Positions 27,242 to 35,954 of a DNA stretch of 64,000 nucleotides are shown here, in pieces. The stretch is from NCBI GenBank assembly GCA_965204375.1, contig OZ241986.1, positions 5,728,001-5,792,000 on the forward strand, read 5' to 3'. A model generated the notes under the pieces. That model did not search any database. It saw nothing but the letters and a program-made list of their open reading frames with translations, and had not been told where the DNA came from. A program made the position numbers and the translations under genes. The number at the start of each line of letters is the position of its first letter. Position 1 is the stretch's first letter. The DNA comes from Candidatus Latescibacterota bacterium. GTDB lineage: Bacteria > Latescibacterota > UBA2968.

Positions 27242-27274
27242 TTTGAAGTAAATTCAAAATTACTCAAATGTCAA
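27242..27274 (-). promoter_or_regulatory. Possible ABC-operon promoter with overlapping palindrome
   Basis: TTGACA on the - strand (27269-27274); TTTGAA-N5-TTCAAA palindrome at 27242-27258 in the divergent intergenic region. The -10 match is weak. Confidence 0.3.
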
Positions 27275-27363
27275 CGTCTTTCCTCTTTCGCCATATCTCG
27301 CTTCGCTATATATTTTAGAAGTTATCATCAACATTTATTATCTTTACAGAGGAGCCAGATTGT

Positions 27364-28128
27364 ATGCGGTACAGACGCGTTGTTCTCAAACTCAGTGGTG
27401 GTGCTGTTTCAGGTGCTTTGGAATCGGGATTTGACCCGGAGGCCCTCGAACATATTGCCGACGAAATTCTCGATATTCACAGCCGGGGTATTGAAATCGG
27501 TATTGTTATTGGCGGGGGCAATATTTTTCGGGGCGAACAGAGTGTGCGGTGGGGTATTGAACGCTCCGAAGCCGATAATATCGGCATGCTCGGCACCATT
27601 ATCAACAGCCTGATGCTGCGCGGTGTGCTCAATGCCAAAAGCGATGCCGAGGTGCGCGTGATGACCGCGATTCCTATTAACGCAGTCGCAGAACCCTTTA
27701 TTCGCCTGGTTGCTGCTCGGCATCTCGATAAGGGGTATATTGTCATTTTTGCCGGTGGTATTGGCAATCCCTTTCTCACCACTGATTATCCCGGGGTACA
27801 GCGTGCCCTCGAGGTTCGCGCAGAAGCCATTTTGTTTGCCAAGCACAAAGCCAATGGCATTTATACTGACGATCCGAACAAAAATCCCGATGCAAAACTC
27901 TATCGTTGCATCAGTCACGATACAATTATTCAAAAGAATCTGGGTGCTCTGGATCAGTCCGCAGTGATTCTCGCACGAGACCATCATTTGCCGATTCACG
28001 TTTTCGACTTTGAACAAAAAGGCATGATGCGCCGCATTGTGGAGGGTGAGGATGTCGGCACACTGATTACCCAAACACCAGAAGATGTGCTCGAAGAAGA
28101 AACAGTCGTTCAGGGGGACCCCACATGA
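27364..28128 (+). CDS. pyrH: UMP kinase
   Basis: RVVLKLSG, VIGGGNIFRG, ADNIGMLGT, GNPFLTTD, DPNKNPDA. Confidence 0.9.
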   Translation: MRYRRVVLKLSGGAVSGALESGFDPEALEHIADEILDIHSRGIEIGIVIGGGNIFRGEQSVRWGIERSEADNIGMLGTIINSLMLRGVLNAKSDAEVRVMTAIPINAVAEPFIRLVAARHLDKGYIVIFAGGIGNPFLTTDYPGVQRALEVRAEAILFAKHKANGIYTDDPNKNPDAKLYRCISHDTIIQKNLGALDQSAVILARDHHLPIHVFDFEQKGMMRRIVEGEDVGTLITQTPEDVLEEETVVQGDPT

Positions 28129-29399
28129 AACTCCTCGTTGTTGGTAGAGGCGGGCGCGAACACGCCTTTGTCTGGAAGCTCGCTCAGAGCAACAAGATTA
28201 CCAGGTTATACGCAGCGCCCGGAAGCCCGGGTATGGCACAGTACGCCGAATGTGTTGATATTTCGGATAGCGATCTCAATGGTCTGGCGGATTTTGCACA
28301 ACGAGAGGGTATTGATATTTCGGTCATTGGTCCTGAAGCCCCTCTTGCAGATGGTATTGTCGATATTTTTACAGAGCGAGGTCTCGTGGTTTGTGGTCCT
28401 ACACAGGCAGCGGCGCAAATCGAAGCGGATAAAGATTTCGCGCTTGAACTCATGCACAAATACGATATTCCAACCGGTGCTTATGAAACTTTTGTGGATG
28501 CGGAAACTGCCAGGGAACGGCTCCGGGAATGGCAACACCCGCTCTATCTCAAAGTGAGTGGTCTGGCTGCGGGTAAGGGAGCGATCTATTGTGAGACTTT
28601 GCGAGATTCGTATAAAACGGTGGATGAAGTGATGGTGCAACGCGCCTTCGGCGCATCGGGTGACAAGCTGGTTGCGATGGAGTTGCTCGAAGGGGAAGAA
28701 GCGTCGATATTTGGATTTTCAGATGGGAAAGATATTGTTTGTGTTGTGCCTTCGCAGGACCACAAGACGATTGGTGAAGGCGATGTGGGTCTCAATACGG
28801 GTGGTATGGGCGCGTATGCACCTGCCCCGGTTATTACGCCGGAACTCTTCGACGATGTTGTTCAGCGCATTATGAAACGCACAGTACACGCTCTGGCACG
28901 GGAAGGCTGTCCGTTCAAAGGCATTCTCTACGGCGGTATTATTGTTACGGCTGATGGTCCCAAAGTGATCGAATTTAACTGCCGCATGGGCGATCCGGAA
29001 ACGCAGGTGGTTCTCCCGTTGATCAAAACCGATTTCGTGGATATAATTGAGGCGGTGTGCAATGGCTCGGTGGCAGATCTCGATATTGAACTGGATAATC
29101 GCGCGGCGACCTGCGTGGTTATGGCTTCGGGAGGGTATCCCGAAGCGTACGATACTGGTTTTCCCATTTCCGGGATTGATCGCGCCGAGGCACCGGGCGA
29201 TGTGATCGTTTTTCACGCCGGTACGGGACGCAATGACGGGCAACTCGTCACCAATGGGGGGCGCGTTATTGGCGTTACTGCAATTGGCGATACGATCAAA
29301 TCTTCTATTGATTGCGTTTACGAGGCCGTGGGCAAAATTGATTTTGACAAGGCCTATTTCCGGCGGGATATCGGGCATCGCGTTTTGACAAATGCGTGA
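28125..29399 (+). CDS. purD: Phosphoribosylamine--glycine ligase
   Basis: GGREHA, IGPEAPL, GLAAGKG, QDHK, NTGGMGAYAP, EFNCRMGDPE, RRDIG. Confidence 0.97.
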   Translation: MKLLVVGRGGREHAFVWKLAQSNKITRLYAAPGSPGMAQYAECVDISDSDLNGLADFAQREGIDISVIGPEAPLADGIVDIFTERGLVVCGPTQAAAQIEADKDFALELMHKYDIPTGAYETFVDAETARERLREWQHPLYLKVSGLAAGKGAIYCETLRDSYKTVDEVMVQRAFGASGDKLVAMELLEGEEASIFGFSDGKDIVCVVPSQDHKTIGEGDVGLNTGGMGAYAPAPVITPELFDDVVQRIMKRTVHALAREGCPFKGILYGGIIVTADGPKVIEFNCRMGDPETQVVLPLIKTDFVDIIEAVCNGSVADLDIELDNRAATCVVMASGGYPEAYDTGFPISGIDRAEAPGDVIVFHAGTGRNDGQLVTNGGRVIGVTAIGDTIKSSIDCVYEAVGKIDFDKAYFRRDIGHRVLTNA

Positions 29400-29432
29400 G
29401 CTACCGCTCTTGCGATGGGATTTTTTTGATCT

Positions 29433-29465
29433 TTGCCAACCAATTTGGCAACTAAGCGTTATAAT
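29433..29465 (+). promoter_or_regulatory. Palindromic operator-like site plus perfect -10 box
   Basis: TTGCCAA-N5-TTGGCAA (29433-29451), TATAAT (29460-29465), GGAGG (29495-29499). Confidence 0.45.
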
Positions 29466-29505
29466 GTGTATCTTTTTTGAATACCAGACATTTTGGAGGC
29501 ATACG

Positions 29506-30603
29506 ATGTCCTACAAAGCTGCGGTTATTGGCCTGGGGCGTATGGGCAGTACATTTGACGATGAAATCACGCAGGGCGGGTCTATTTTCTTGCCTTATTG
29601 TCATGGTCCCACCTATTGCGCGCATCCGCAAACCGATCTCATTGCGGGGGCAGATCCCCACGATGAACAGCGCGCTCTGTTCGGCGAGCGGTGGGGTATT
29701 GATAGCGACCAGTTGTATGCCAATCATCGCGATTTGCTCGAAGATGCTAAACCCGATATTGTCAGTGTGACTACTACAGCGCGTTATCGTCCGCAAATTG
29801 TGCTGGACGCTGTTGAAGCCGGTGTGAAAGCCTTATGGGTTGAAAAACCCATTGCCTTTAGTCTTGAAGAAGCCGATGCTATGGTCAATGCTTGCCGGGA
29901 AAATGGCGTTCCCATCGCCGTGTATTGCTCGCGGCGTTACAATCCCTATTTCAGCGAAGCTCGCCGCATGATCAAAGCTGGAGATCTCGGCGACATTCTC
30001 CAGATTACGGCTTATGCCCAGTGTGGCTTGTCGCACAATGGCAGTCACGCGATTGATACGATTCGTTATCTCGCTGGTGGCGATGTTTCATGGGTTTTTG
30101 GAGATATGGCGTCGGATGAAGAAGCCGCATCTGATGACGATCTGATGGGCAATGGGTATCTCGCTTTTGACAATGGCGTTCGGGCGTATCTTCGCGGGAC
30201 ATCGACGGGTGTTGCTTCGTGGGAATTTGATATTATTGGGACACAGGGCAGGGTACGCACGTTATCGGACGCGCTTGAGTTTGAGTTTTTCCAGAGGGTT
30301 TCGGGCGGCTTGGGGAACCGGGGTATTCCCGCCAGATCTCCTTTTCCGCAGCCAGCGCGTCCCGTAGGCCAGGGTATTACCACTGTTGATGATTTGATTG
30401 ATGCTATGGAGAACAACCGACCGCCGCGTTGCTCTGGAGCCGATGGTCGCGCTGCTCTCGAGGTTGCTATTGCACTTCGGGAATCCCATCGCCGTGGCGG
30501 TGCCCGTATTGACCTGCCTGTTGAAGACAGGTCGCTCAAGATTTTTTCCAGCGAGACTCAGGCTGACCACACGCCTGCGCGAGTGCGCCGGTTGAATCAG
30601 TGA
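29506..30603 (+). CDS. Gfo/Idh/MocA family oxidoreductase
   Basis: AVIGLGRMG, WVEKPIA, NGSHAID. Start trimmed to ATG 29506 (GGAGG RBS). Confidence 0.9.
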   Translation: MSYKAAVIGLGRMGSTFDDEITQGGSIFLPYCHGPTYCAHPQTDLIAGADPHDEQRALFGERWGIDSDQLYANHRDLLEDAKPDIVSVTTTARYRPQIVLDAVEAGVKALWVEKPIAFSLEEADAMVNACRENGVPIAVYCSRRYNPYFSEARRMIKAGDLGDILQITAYAQCGLSHNGSHAIDTIRYLAGGDVSWVFGDMASDEEAASDDDLMGNGYLAFDNGVRAYLRGTSTGVASWEFDIIGTQGRVRTLSDALEFEFFQRVSGGLGNRGIPARSPFPQPARPVGQGITTVDDLIDAMENNRPPRCSGADGRAALEVAIALRESHRRGGARIDLPVEDRSLKIFSSETQADHTPARVRRLNQ

Positions 30604-30631
30604 AGAAAGCTAAATACCAAAGGAGATTTTT

Positions 30632-31087
30632 ATGGCAGATCCAGTTGTTGGCATTATTATGGGCAGTTCATCGGATGAACCTACGATGCAAAAAGGCTGC
30701 GCCATTCTCGACGAACTCCAGATTCCCTACGATATGATTGTATGTTCCGCCCATCGCAATCCCGAGCGTACCGCTGAATACGCCAGTACGGCAAAAGCGC
30801 GAGGTCTCAAGGTGATTATTGCGGGTGCTGGTTTGGCCGCAGCGCTGCCCGGTGTGATTGCCGCGCATACGACTTTGCCAGTTGTTGGCGTTCCATGCGC
30901 TTCGGGTGCGCTCAACGGCGTTGATGCGTTATACGCTATTGTTCAGATGCCACCGGGAGTTCCCGTTGCGACTGTGGGTATTGACAATGCACGCAATGCC
31001 GCTGTGCTGGCAGCGCAAATTCTCGCGCTTTCCGACGAGGGCATACAAGAGCGCCTGCAAGCGTATAAAGATGCCCTGGGTGGATAA
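30632..31087 (+). CDS. purE: N5-CAIR mutase
   Basis: IIMGSSSD, SAHRNP, IAGAGLAAALPG, IVQMPPGVPVATV. Confidence 0.97.
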   Translation: MADPVVGIIMGSSSDEPTMQKGCAILDELQIPYDMIVCSAHRNPERTAEYASTAKARGLKVIIAGAGLAAALPGVIAAHTTLPVVGVPCASGALNGVDALYAIVQMPPGVPVATVGIDNARNAAVLAAQILALSDEGIQERLQAYKDALGG

Positions 31088-31115
31088 TACTATTGCGATT
31101 TAACGGAGGTCTTTT

Positions 31116-31640
31116 TTGCAACGTCATATATTTGTTTTTGTTGTTCTTCTTTTTGTAAGTTGCAACGCACCCAAAACAGATCGCGCATCGAGTACTGACC
31201 AGTATCTCATTCCCGCTACGGCAGAGGAGATTCTCAAGCATGTCAAAGATGCCGATGCCAGGGTCGTTCTCGTCAATGTCTGGGCAACGTGGTGTCCACC
31301 ATGTGTTGAAGAGTTTCCCGATTTGATGGCCGTTTATAATCAGTACAAAGACCAGGGCTTAAAGATTGTCTTTATTTCTGCTGATTCTGAAGGCCAGGCC
31401 GATGGCGCAATTGCCTTTCTCAAAGCGCATGGTGTTGACTTTCCAAGCTATATCAAATTGAAGAGCGATGGGGCGTTTATCAATACATTAGACCCCGACT
31501 GGTGGGGCGCAATACCCGCTACCTGGCTATACGATAGCGAGGGCAATAAACGCCATTTTTGGCTCGGGAAGACCTCGCGCGAACAATTTGAAAAGAAAAT
31601 ACGCGATGTATTGATGGGGGGCGATCAAGGGGTACTTTAG
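31116..31640 (+). CDS. TlpA/ResA-like disulfide reductase, lipoprotein
   Basis: LVNVWATWCPPCVEEFP; lipobox FVSC; TTG start with GGAGG. Confidence 0.88.
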   Translation: MQRHIFVFVVLLFVSCNAPKTDRASSTDQYLIPATAEEILKHVKDADARVVLVNVWATWCPPCVEEFPDLMAVYNQYKDQGLKIVFISADSEGQADGAIAFLKAHGVDFPSYIKLKSDGAFINTLDPDWWGAIPATWLYDSEGNKRHFWLGKTSREQFEKKIRDVLMGGDQGVL

Positions 31641-31704
31641 GGCGCGTCTATTCGAGAATCCAGACTATAGATACTCTCACATCAACAAATATCAGGAGGA
31701 TTCT

Positions 31705-32316
31705 ATGCGTAAATTATTAGTCATTGCACTTGTCGCTGCGATGGGTTTCAATGCCGAAGCGGCCAAGAGCGAAACCCTCGCATTGGGCGCAGAAGCACCG
31801 GCAACTGACCTGGAGATGAAAGGTACTGATGGTAAGATGTACACTCTGGATAGTGTGCTGGGCGAGAAGGGCACTCTGGTGATTTTTTCGTGCAATTCCT
31901 GTCCGTGGGCTGTCAAATGGGAAAGCCGTGTAGCCAGTATTGGCAATGCGTATCGCGGCAAGGGTTTTGGTGTGATTGTGATTAATCCCAATGATCCCGA
32001 GCGTGCTGCCGAAGATGGTTTTGATGAGATGGTTGCGCGCGCCAAAGCGCTATCTTACGAGTTTCCCTATGTGGTCGATCCCGCATCCCAGGTCGCCCGC
32101 GCATTTGGTGCCAGCCGCACGCCCGAAGTTTTTCTTTTTAATGACAAAGGCAAGCTGGCGTATCACGGCGCGATTGACGATAATGCTTCGGATGCCAATG
32201 CCGTGGAAGCGGCTTATCTTAAAGACGCACTGGACGCATTGTTGGCAGGAGAAGCGATTTCAATATCCGAGACCAAAGCTCTCGGTTGTAGCATTAAGTT
32301 CAACGAAGACTCGTAG
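31705..32316 (+). CDS. Exported thioredoxin-like / AhpC-TSA family protein
   Basis: Signal peptide; FSCNSCP, INPND, GASRTPEVF, YHGAIDD, GCSIK. Confidence 0.85.
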   Translation: MRKLLVIALVAAMGFNAEAAKSETLALGAEAPATDLEMKGTDGKMYTLDSVLGEKGTLVIFSCNSCPWAVKWESRVASIGNAYRGKGFGVIVINPNDPERAAEDGFDEMVARAKALSYEFPYVVDPASQVARAFGASRTPEVFLFNDKGKLAYHGAIDDNASDANAVEAAYLKDALDALLAGEAISISETKALGCSIKFNEDS

Positions 32317-32333
32317 GGAAGGAGGATGAAAAG

Positions 32334-32576
32334 ATGAGTGTGTCATCCGCTTACAGAGAAATCATTGATTTTATTGCAGAGGGGATAACCCCCGAAGATT
32401 TGGTAGCTTTTCATCCATCTAAAACCGCCAAAAAGCAAGTCGCAGATCTGGTCTATCGCGAGAAAACAACAGGACTTACTGCAGAAGAGACGGCTGAACT
32501 CAATCATTATTTGGAACTTGAGCATCTGATGCGTCTTGCTAAGGCTCGTACTCGCCACTATTTGAAAGATGAGTAA
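32334..32576 (+). CDS. Small hypothetical protein coupled to an HNH nuclease
   Basis: AGGAGG RBS; overlaps the HNH start by 8 nt. Confidence 0.7.
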   Translation: MSVSSAYREIIDFIAEGITPEDLVAFHPSKTAKKQVADLVYREKTTGLTAEETAELNHYLELEHLMRLAKARTRHYLKDE

Positions 32577-33012
32577 AACCTATATCAGCGTTGCCTTGCG
32601 ACAACTTGTGATAACACGCGCCAGGGGGCTGTGTGAGTACTGCCTGATTCACGAAGATGATGCCTATTTTGGATGCGAAATTGATCACATCATTAGTGTG
32701 AAACATGGCGGACCAACAGAAGATAGCAATTTGGCCTATGCGTGTTTGTTCTGCAATCGCAACAAGGGTAGTGACATTGGGTCTATAGTGAGACAAACGG
32801 GGCAATTTTATCGTTTTTTTAATCCTCGTATTGATCATTGGGCAGACCATTTCGCTTTGAACGGTGTGAGAATTGATACTCTTACAGAAATAGGCGAAGT
32901 GACTGCTCGTATTTTGGATTTTAATCATATAGACCGTTTAATTGAGCGTCAGGAATTGGAGACATTTGGCTATTATCCTCCTCCTGACGCTCTTGTATTA
33001 ATTTCAAGGTAG
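32569..33012 (+). CDS. HNH endonuclease
   Basis: CEYC, EIDHII..KHGG, NLAYACLFCNRNKG, FNPR..W..HF. Confidence 0.9.
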   Translation: MSKTYISVALRQLVITRARGLCEYCLIHEDDAYFGCEIDHIISVKHGGPTEDSNLAYACLFCNRNKGSDIGSIVRQTGQFYRFFNPRIDHWADHFALNGVRIDTLTEIGEVTARILDFNHIDRLIERQELETFGYYPPPDALVLISR

Positions 33013-33089
33013 CATATCAGACCGCTCGAGTTGTATCGTTTACCCAGAACTAAAAAAAAGTCGTGTGTGTTTTGAAAGGAGTTCTCATT

Positions 33090-34295
33090 ATGACCATGCC
33101 GATCACCCCATCTCTTAGCGAGCAACAGATTGCGGATTACCACGAGGATGGTTATTTGATTATTCGCAATGTGTTATCTGCGAATGAAGCGAATGACCTT
33201 CGGCGCGTCGTGCAAGAAAAGGTCAAACGTGGTGCGTACCCACCAAAGCTTTCGTATCCCGAGCCGGCGAAGTACACGGTGAGTGGCAACAGGCTCGCAG
33301 AACCGGGACTTACTTCGATTTCCGAGCATCCGACGGTTATTGGTGCGGTAGAGTCCGCGCTGGGGCAACCCGCGCATTTGACGGCTTTTGTGGCGTATTT
33401 GCGAACGCCGGGTGATAAGGGGGGCGGTGCTCACTGCGATTACAAACGGTGGCGCCCCGTGGGTTCGTCGATGAACTGGGTGTTTGCCATTATTCCGCTG
33501 ACTGATTTCGATCCTGTGTATGGCCCCTTTCTGGTGTCGCCGAAATCGCACAAACTGACGCGGGTAATCGACGAGGAGGCGCATATTTTAGATCTCACGC
33601 GGCCCGATAGGAGTCAATTGCCGGATTTTATCGATCCAGAGCTTAAAGCGGGAGATTTGCTGATTGTCAATGAGCATGTCTGGCATGAAGCACCTGCGGG
33701 TACGAGTACAGAAGACCGGTGTGGTATTTTTAATAAGTATTGTGCGGTAAACGCACCGCCTGCCGCGGGATATTATCCGTACAATCCCGCCGCTTTTGAG
33801 GCTTTGAGCGACGATGGAAAACGGCTTATTCCCGTGTGTTTTGACAGACCGATTGAGACGACACGTCTGCTTATCGAGTGTCCTAATGGTGGAGAACCGA
33901 GGTTCTTGCTGCGACGCGATGCTGAGACGGAGCGCTGGGAGTTGCCGGGAGGCGAGGGTTGGGAAGAGGAGGATCTGGTCGGTTGGGATGTCGGCGCGCG
34001 TGTCGGCTCTTTGCAAGAACTTACCAGGACGCAACTCGGGTTGGAGGTGCCGTGGATGTCCTACATTGAGGATGTCGAAGAGGAAGATGGTATTTGCCGC
34101 GTTTATGGCTTTTCGGATGAGAATATAGATGTCGATGCGCTGTCAAATGGACACTGCGACTGGTTCACCAGAGCACAGATACGACATCTCGGCGAGGGTG
34201 ATGCGATTAGTCGCACTGTTGAGCTATGGCAGCGACCAGATATTATCCGCGGCAAGGGCAAGGCGTGTAATCAGAGTAAAAAACAGTTTGAATGA
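33090..34295 (+). CDS. Phytanoyl-CoA dioxygenase (PhyH) family fused to a Nudix-like C-terminal domain
   Basis: EDGYLIIRNVL, HCD (HxD), AGDLLI...WH; C-terminal RWELPGGE. Start trimmed to ATG 33090 (AAGGAG). Confidence 0.8.
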   Translation: MTMPITPSLSEQQIADYHEDGYLIIRNVLSANEANDLRRVVQEKVKRGAYPPKLSYPEPAKYTVSGNRLAEPGLTSISEHPTVIGAVESALGQPAHLTAFVAYLRTPGDKGGGAHCDYKRWRPVGSSMNWVFAIIPLTDFDPVYGPFLVSPKSHKLTRVIDEEAHILDLTRPDRSQLPDFIDPELKAGDLLIVNEHVWHEAPAGTSTEDRCGIFNKYCAVNAPPAAGYYPYNPAAFEALSDDGKRLIPVCFDRPIETTRLLIECPNGGEPRFLLRRDAETERWELPGGEGWEEEDLVGWDVGARVGSLQELTRTQLGLEVPWMSYIEDVEEEDGICRVYGFSDENIDVDALSNGHCDWFTRAQIRHLGEGDAISRTVELWQRPDIIRGKGKACNQSKKQFE

Positions 34296-34364
34296 GTTGG
34301 ATATAAAAGAAAACGGGCAGGAATGAAACGCTACGGGCAGGATACATTTGAGGAGGTTTTACCC

Positions 34365-34580
34365 ATGAAAAAGAAACAGATTATTTCGCGGAACCCAAAT
34401 GTGATGAGTGGTGCCTTAGTTTTTGCTGGCACCCGCGTCCCGGTTGAGATTTTGATCCAGCATCTGACAGCAGGAGATTCACTCAACAAGTTTCTTGATG
34501 ACTTTCCAACAGTCTCCCGTGAGCAAGCTGTGGCGTACTTGAAAATGACGCTCGAGGTCGCTGATGCGCGTGCTGCTTGA
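34365..34580 (+). CDS. DUF433 domain protein (antitoxin-like)
   Basis: NPNVMSGALVFAGTRVPV...GDSL..FLDDFPTV..EQ; GAGGAGG RBS before ATG 34365. Confidence 0.9.
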   Translation: MKKKQIISRNPNVMSGALVFAGTRVPVEILIQHLTAGDSLNKFLDDFPTVSREQAVAYLKMTLEVADARAA

Positions 34581-34593
34581 TGAAAAATTATAA
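34564..34593 (+). pseudogene. Truncated DUF5615-type PIN toxin (first 9 codons)
   Basis: ATG overlapping the DUF433 end reads MRVLLDEKL*, the typical start of the DUF433 partner. Confidence 0.65.
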
Positions 34594-35859
34594 CTATTCT
34601 TTTTTAAACACAACGACGCGATTGGTGTTTGTCCCTTTTTTAAGATTATCGACGCCCCAGACATTGGCGGTTTTGGTGAATTTTTGGTCGTTGATTAAGA
34701 CGAGCAATGGCGTTAGTCCCGCTTCGATGCCGCACGGGATAACCGCTTCTTCAAGTTTTATTTTGCCGTGTCTGACTTCACCGACTTCAAAGGCGATGTG
34801 TCCGCCGGGTTTCAAAACGCGCTCTAATTCCACAAAGACCTTTGTCATTTCGCGTTGCCACTGCTCGACTTTTCTCGCCATGGTGATGGGAACATCCTCG
34901 GGGTCTATCCCGCAAAACCAGCATCGCAACCAATTATCCTGTGCGTAGTTGACGACATCGAGAAACGGCGGAGAGGTTACGACAAGGGAGACGGAGTTGG
35001 ACGCGATTTCGGGAATGCTATCTGAGGGTTGTGTGAGGAACTTTGCCTGGGGAAAGATGCCTATCAGGGTGTGCCGAGTTTGATCATCGCAGTGTTTCAA
35101 AAGGTCATGCGTTTTTTTGAGGATGAGATTTTTGACATCTCGCAATGGCGGTGCTTGATTTCTCTTCTGGTTAATTTTTTTTTGTGAATCAACAGAGACA
35201 GCCTGATTGGGGGGCAGGGTATAAACAGAGAAAAACCCCGATGAGTGTCCCGTCAATCTACTCAGTGCGACCAGGCGAATCCATTGATCGACTTGATCAG
35301 ATCCTCCATTTTGTTCTTTTTCTTTAAGATATTTTTTCAGCGAACAAATCTGTTTCAAGGTTTCTGGGTGATAAAAGACCAGTAATTCTTCCGGATATTC
35401 ATCTACATCTTCGAGTTCTATACGCGATAGTCTGTTGGCGACTTGATCTACAGTGGGTGGATTCAGGCGGGGAAGCGTCATAATGGAACTCAACGGATTA
35501 ATATCGCATCCCATGGGAACGCGCCCCAAAAGAGCAGATTCGATAAGTGTTGTACCTCGTCCAGCAAAGGGGTCATAGACCGCGTCGCCCGGTAAGGTCA
35601 ACCGTTCGATAAAGAATCTGGGGAGTTGGGGCTTGAAGCATGCCCGGTATGATATTTCGTGGAGCGCGTTGGCCGCTCTTTGTTTTGAGGTCCAAAATTC
35701 GTTTACGTAAGTTTCAATGCGAATCCGCTCGCATTTAGTGGTGGCTTCCGTAGAAGTCACAATTGTATTTTTGCCAAATGTGCTAAAGTCCGCCAGTTCC
35801 CGTTTGAGGCAGTCAGATGTAGAGGATTCTATCACTAATGTCAGTTGTTTCGCAGTCAT
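34594..35859 (-). CDS. Amino-type DNA methyltransferase (probably m4C), no adjacent REase
   Basis: YDPFAGRGTT (motif I), then VTSPPF (motif IV), RVLKPGG. Start uncertain (35859-35934). Confidence 0.88.
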   Translation of the reverse strand: MTAKQLTLVIESSTSDCLKRELADFSTFGKNTIVTSTEATTKCERIRIETYVNEFWTSKQRAANALHEISYRACFKPQLPRFFIERLTLPGDAVYDPFAGRGTTLIESALLGRVPMGCDINPLSSIMTLPRLNPPTVDQVANRLSRIELEDVDEYPEELLVFYHPETLKQICSLKKYLKEKEQNGGSDQVDQWIRLVALSRLTGHSSGFFSVYTLPPNQAVSVDSQKKINQKRNQAPPLRDVKNLILKKTHDLLKHCDDQTRHTLIGIFPQAKFLTQPSDSIPEIASNSVSLVVTSPPFLDVVNYAQDNWLRCWFCGIDPEDVPITMARKVEQWQREMTKVFVELERVLKPGGHIAFEVGEVRHGKIKLEEAVIPCGIEAGLTPLLVLINDQKFTKTANVWGVDNLKKGTNTNRVVVFKKE

Positions 35860-35954
35860 ATATGGATTCTTTATAGAAAAGTTCATATTTATAGACACAA
35901 AATTGCCCGGTGTCAAGGAGGAGGGATATTCCATTCGGTGAATGGAAGCGGGTC

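Noticed and set aside
31645-31654. cgtctattcg as another octamer element
   Set aside because: Only about 10 nt, with no partner arm or core; could be chance.
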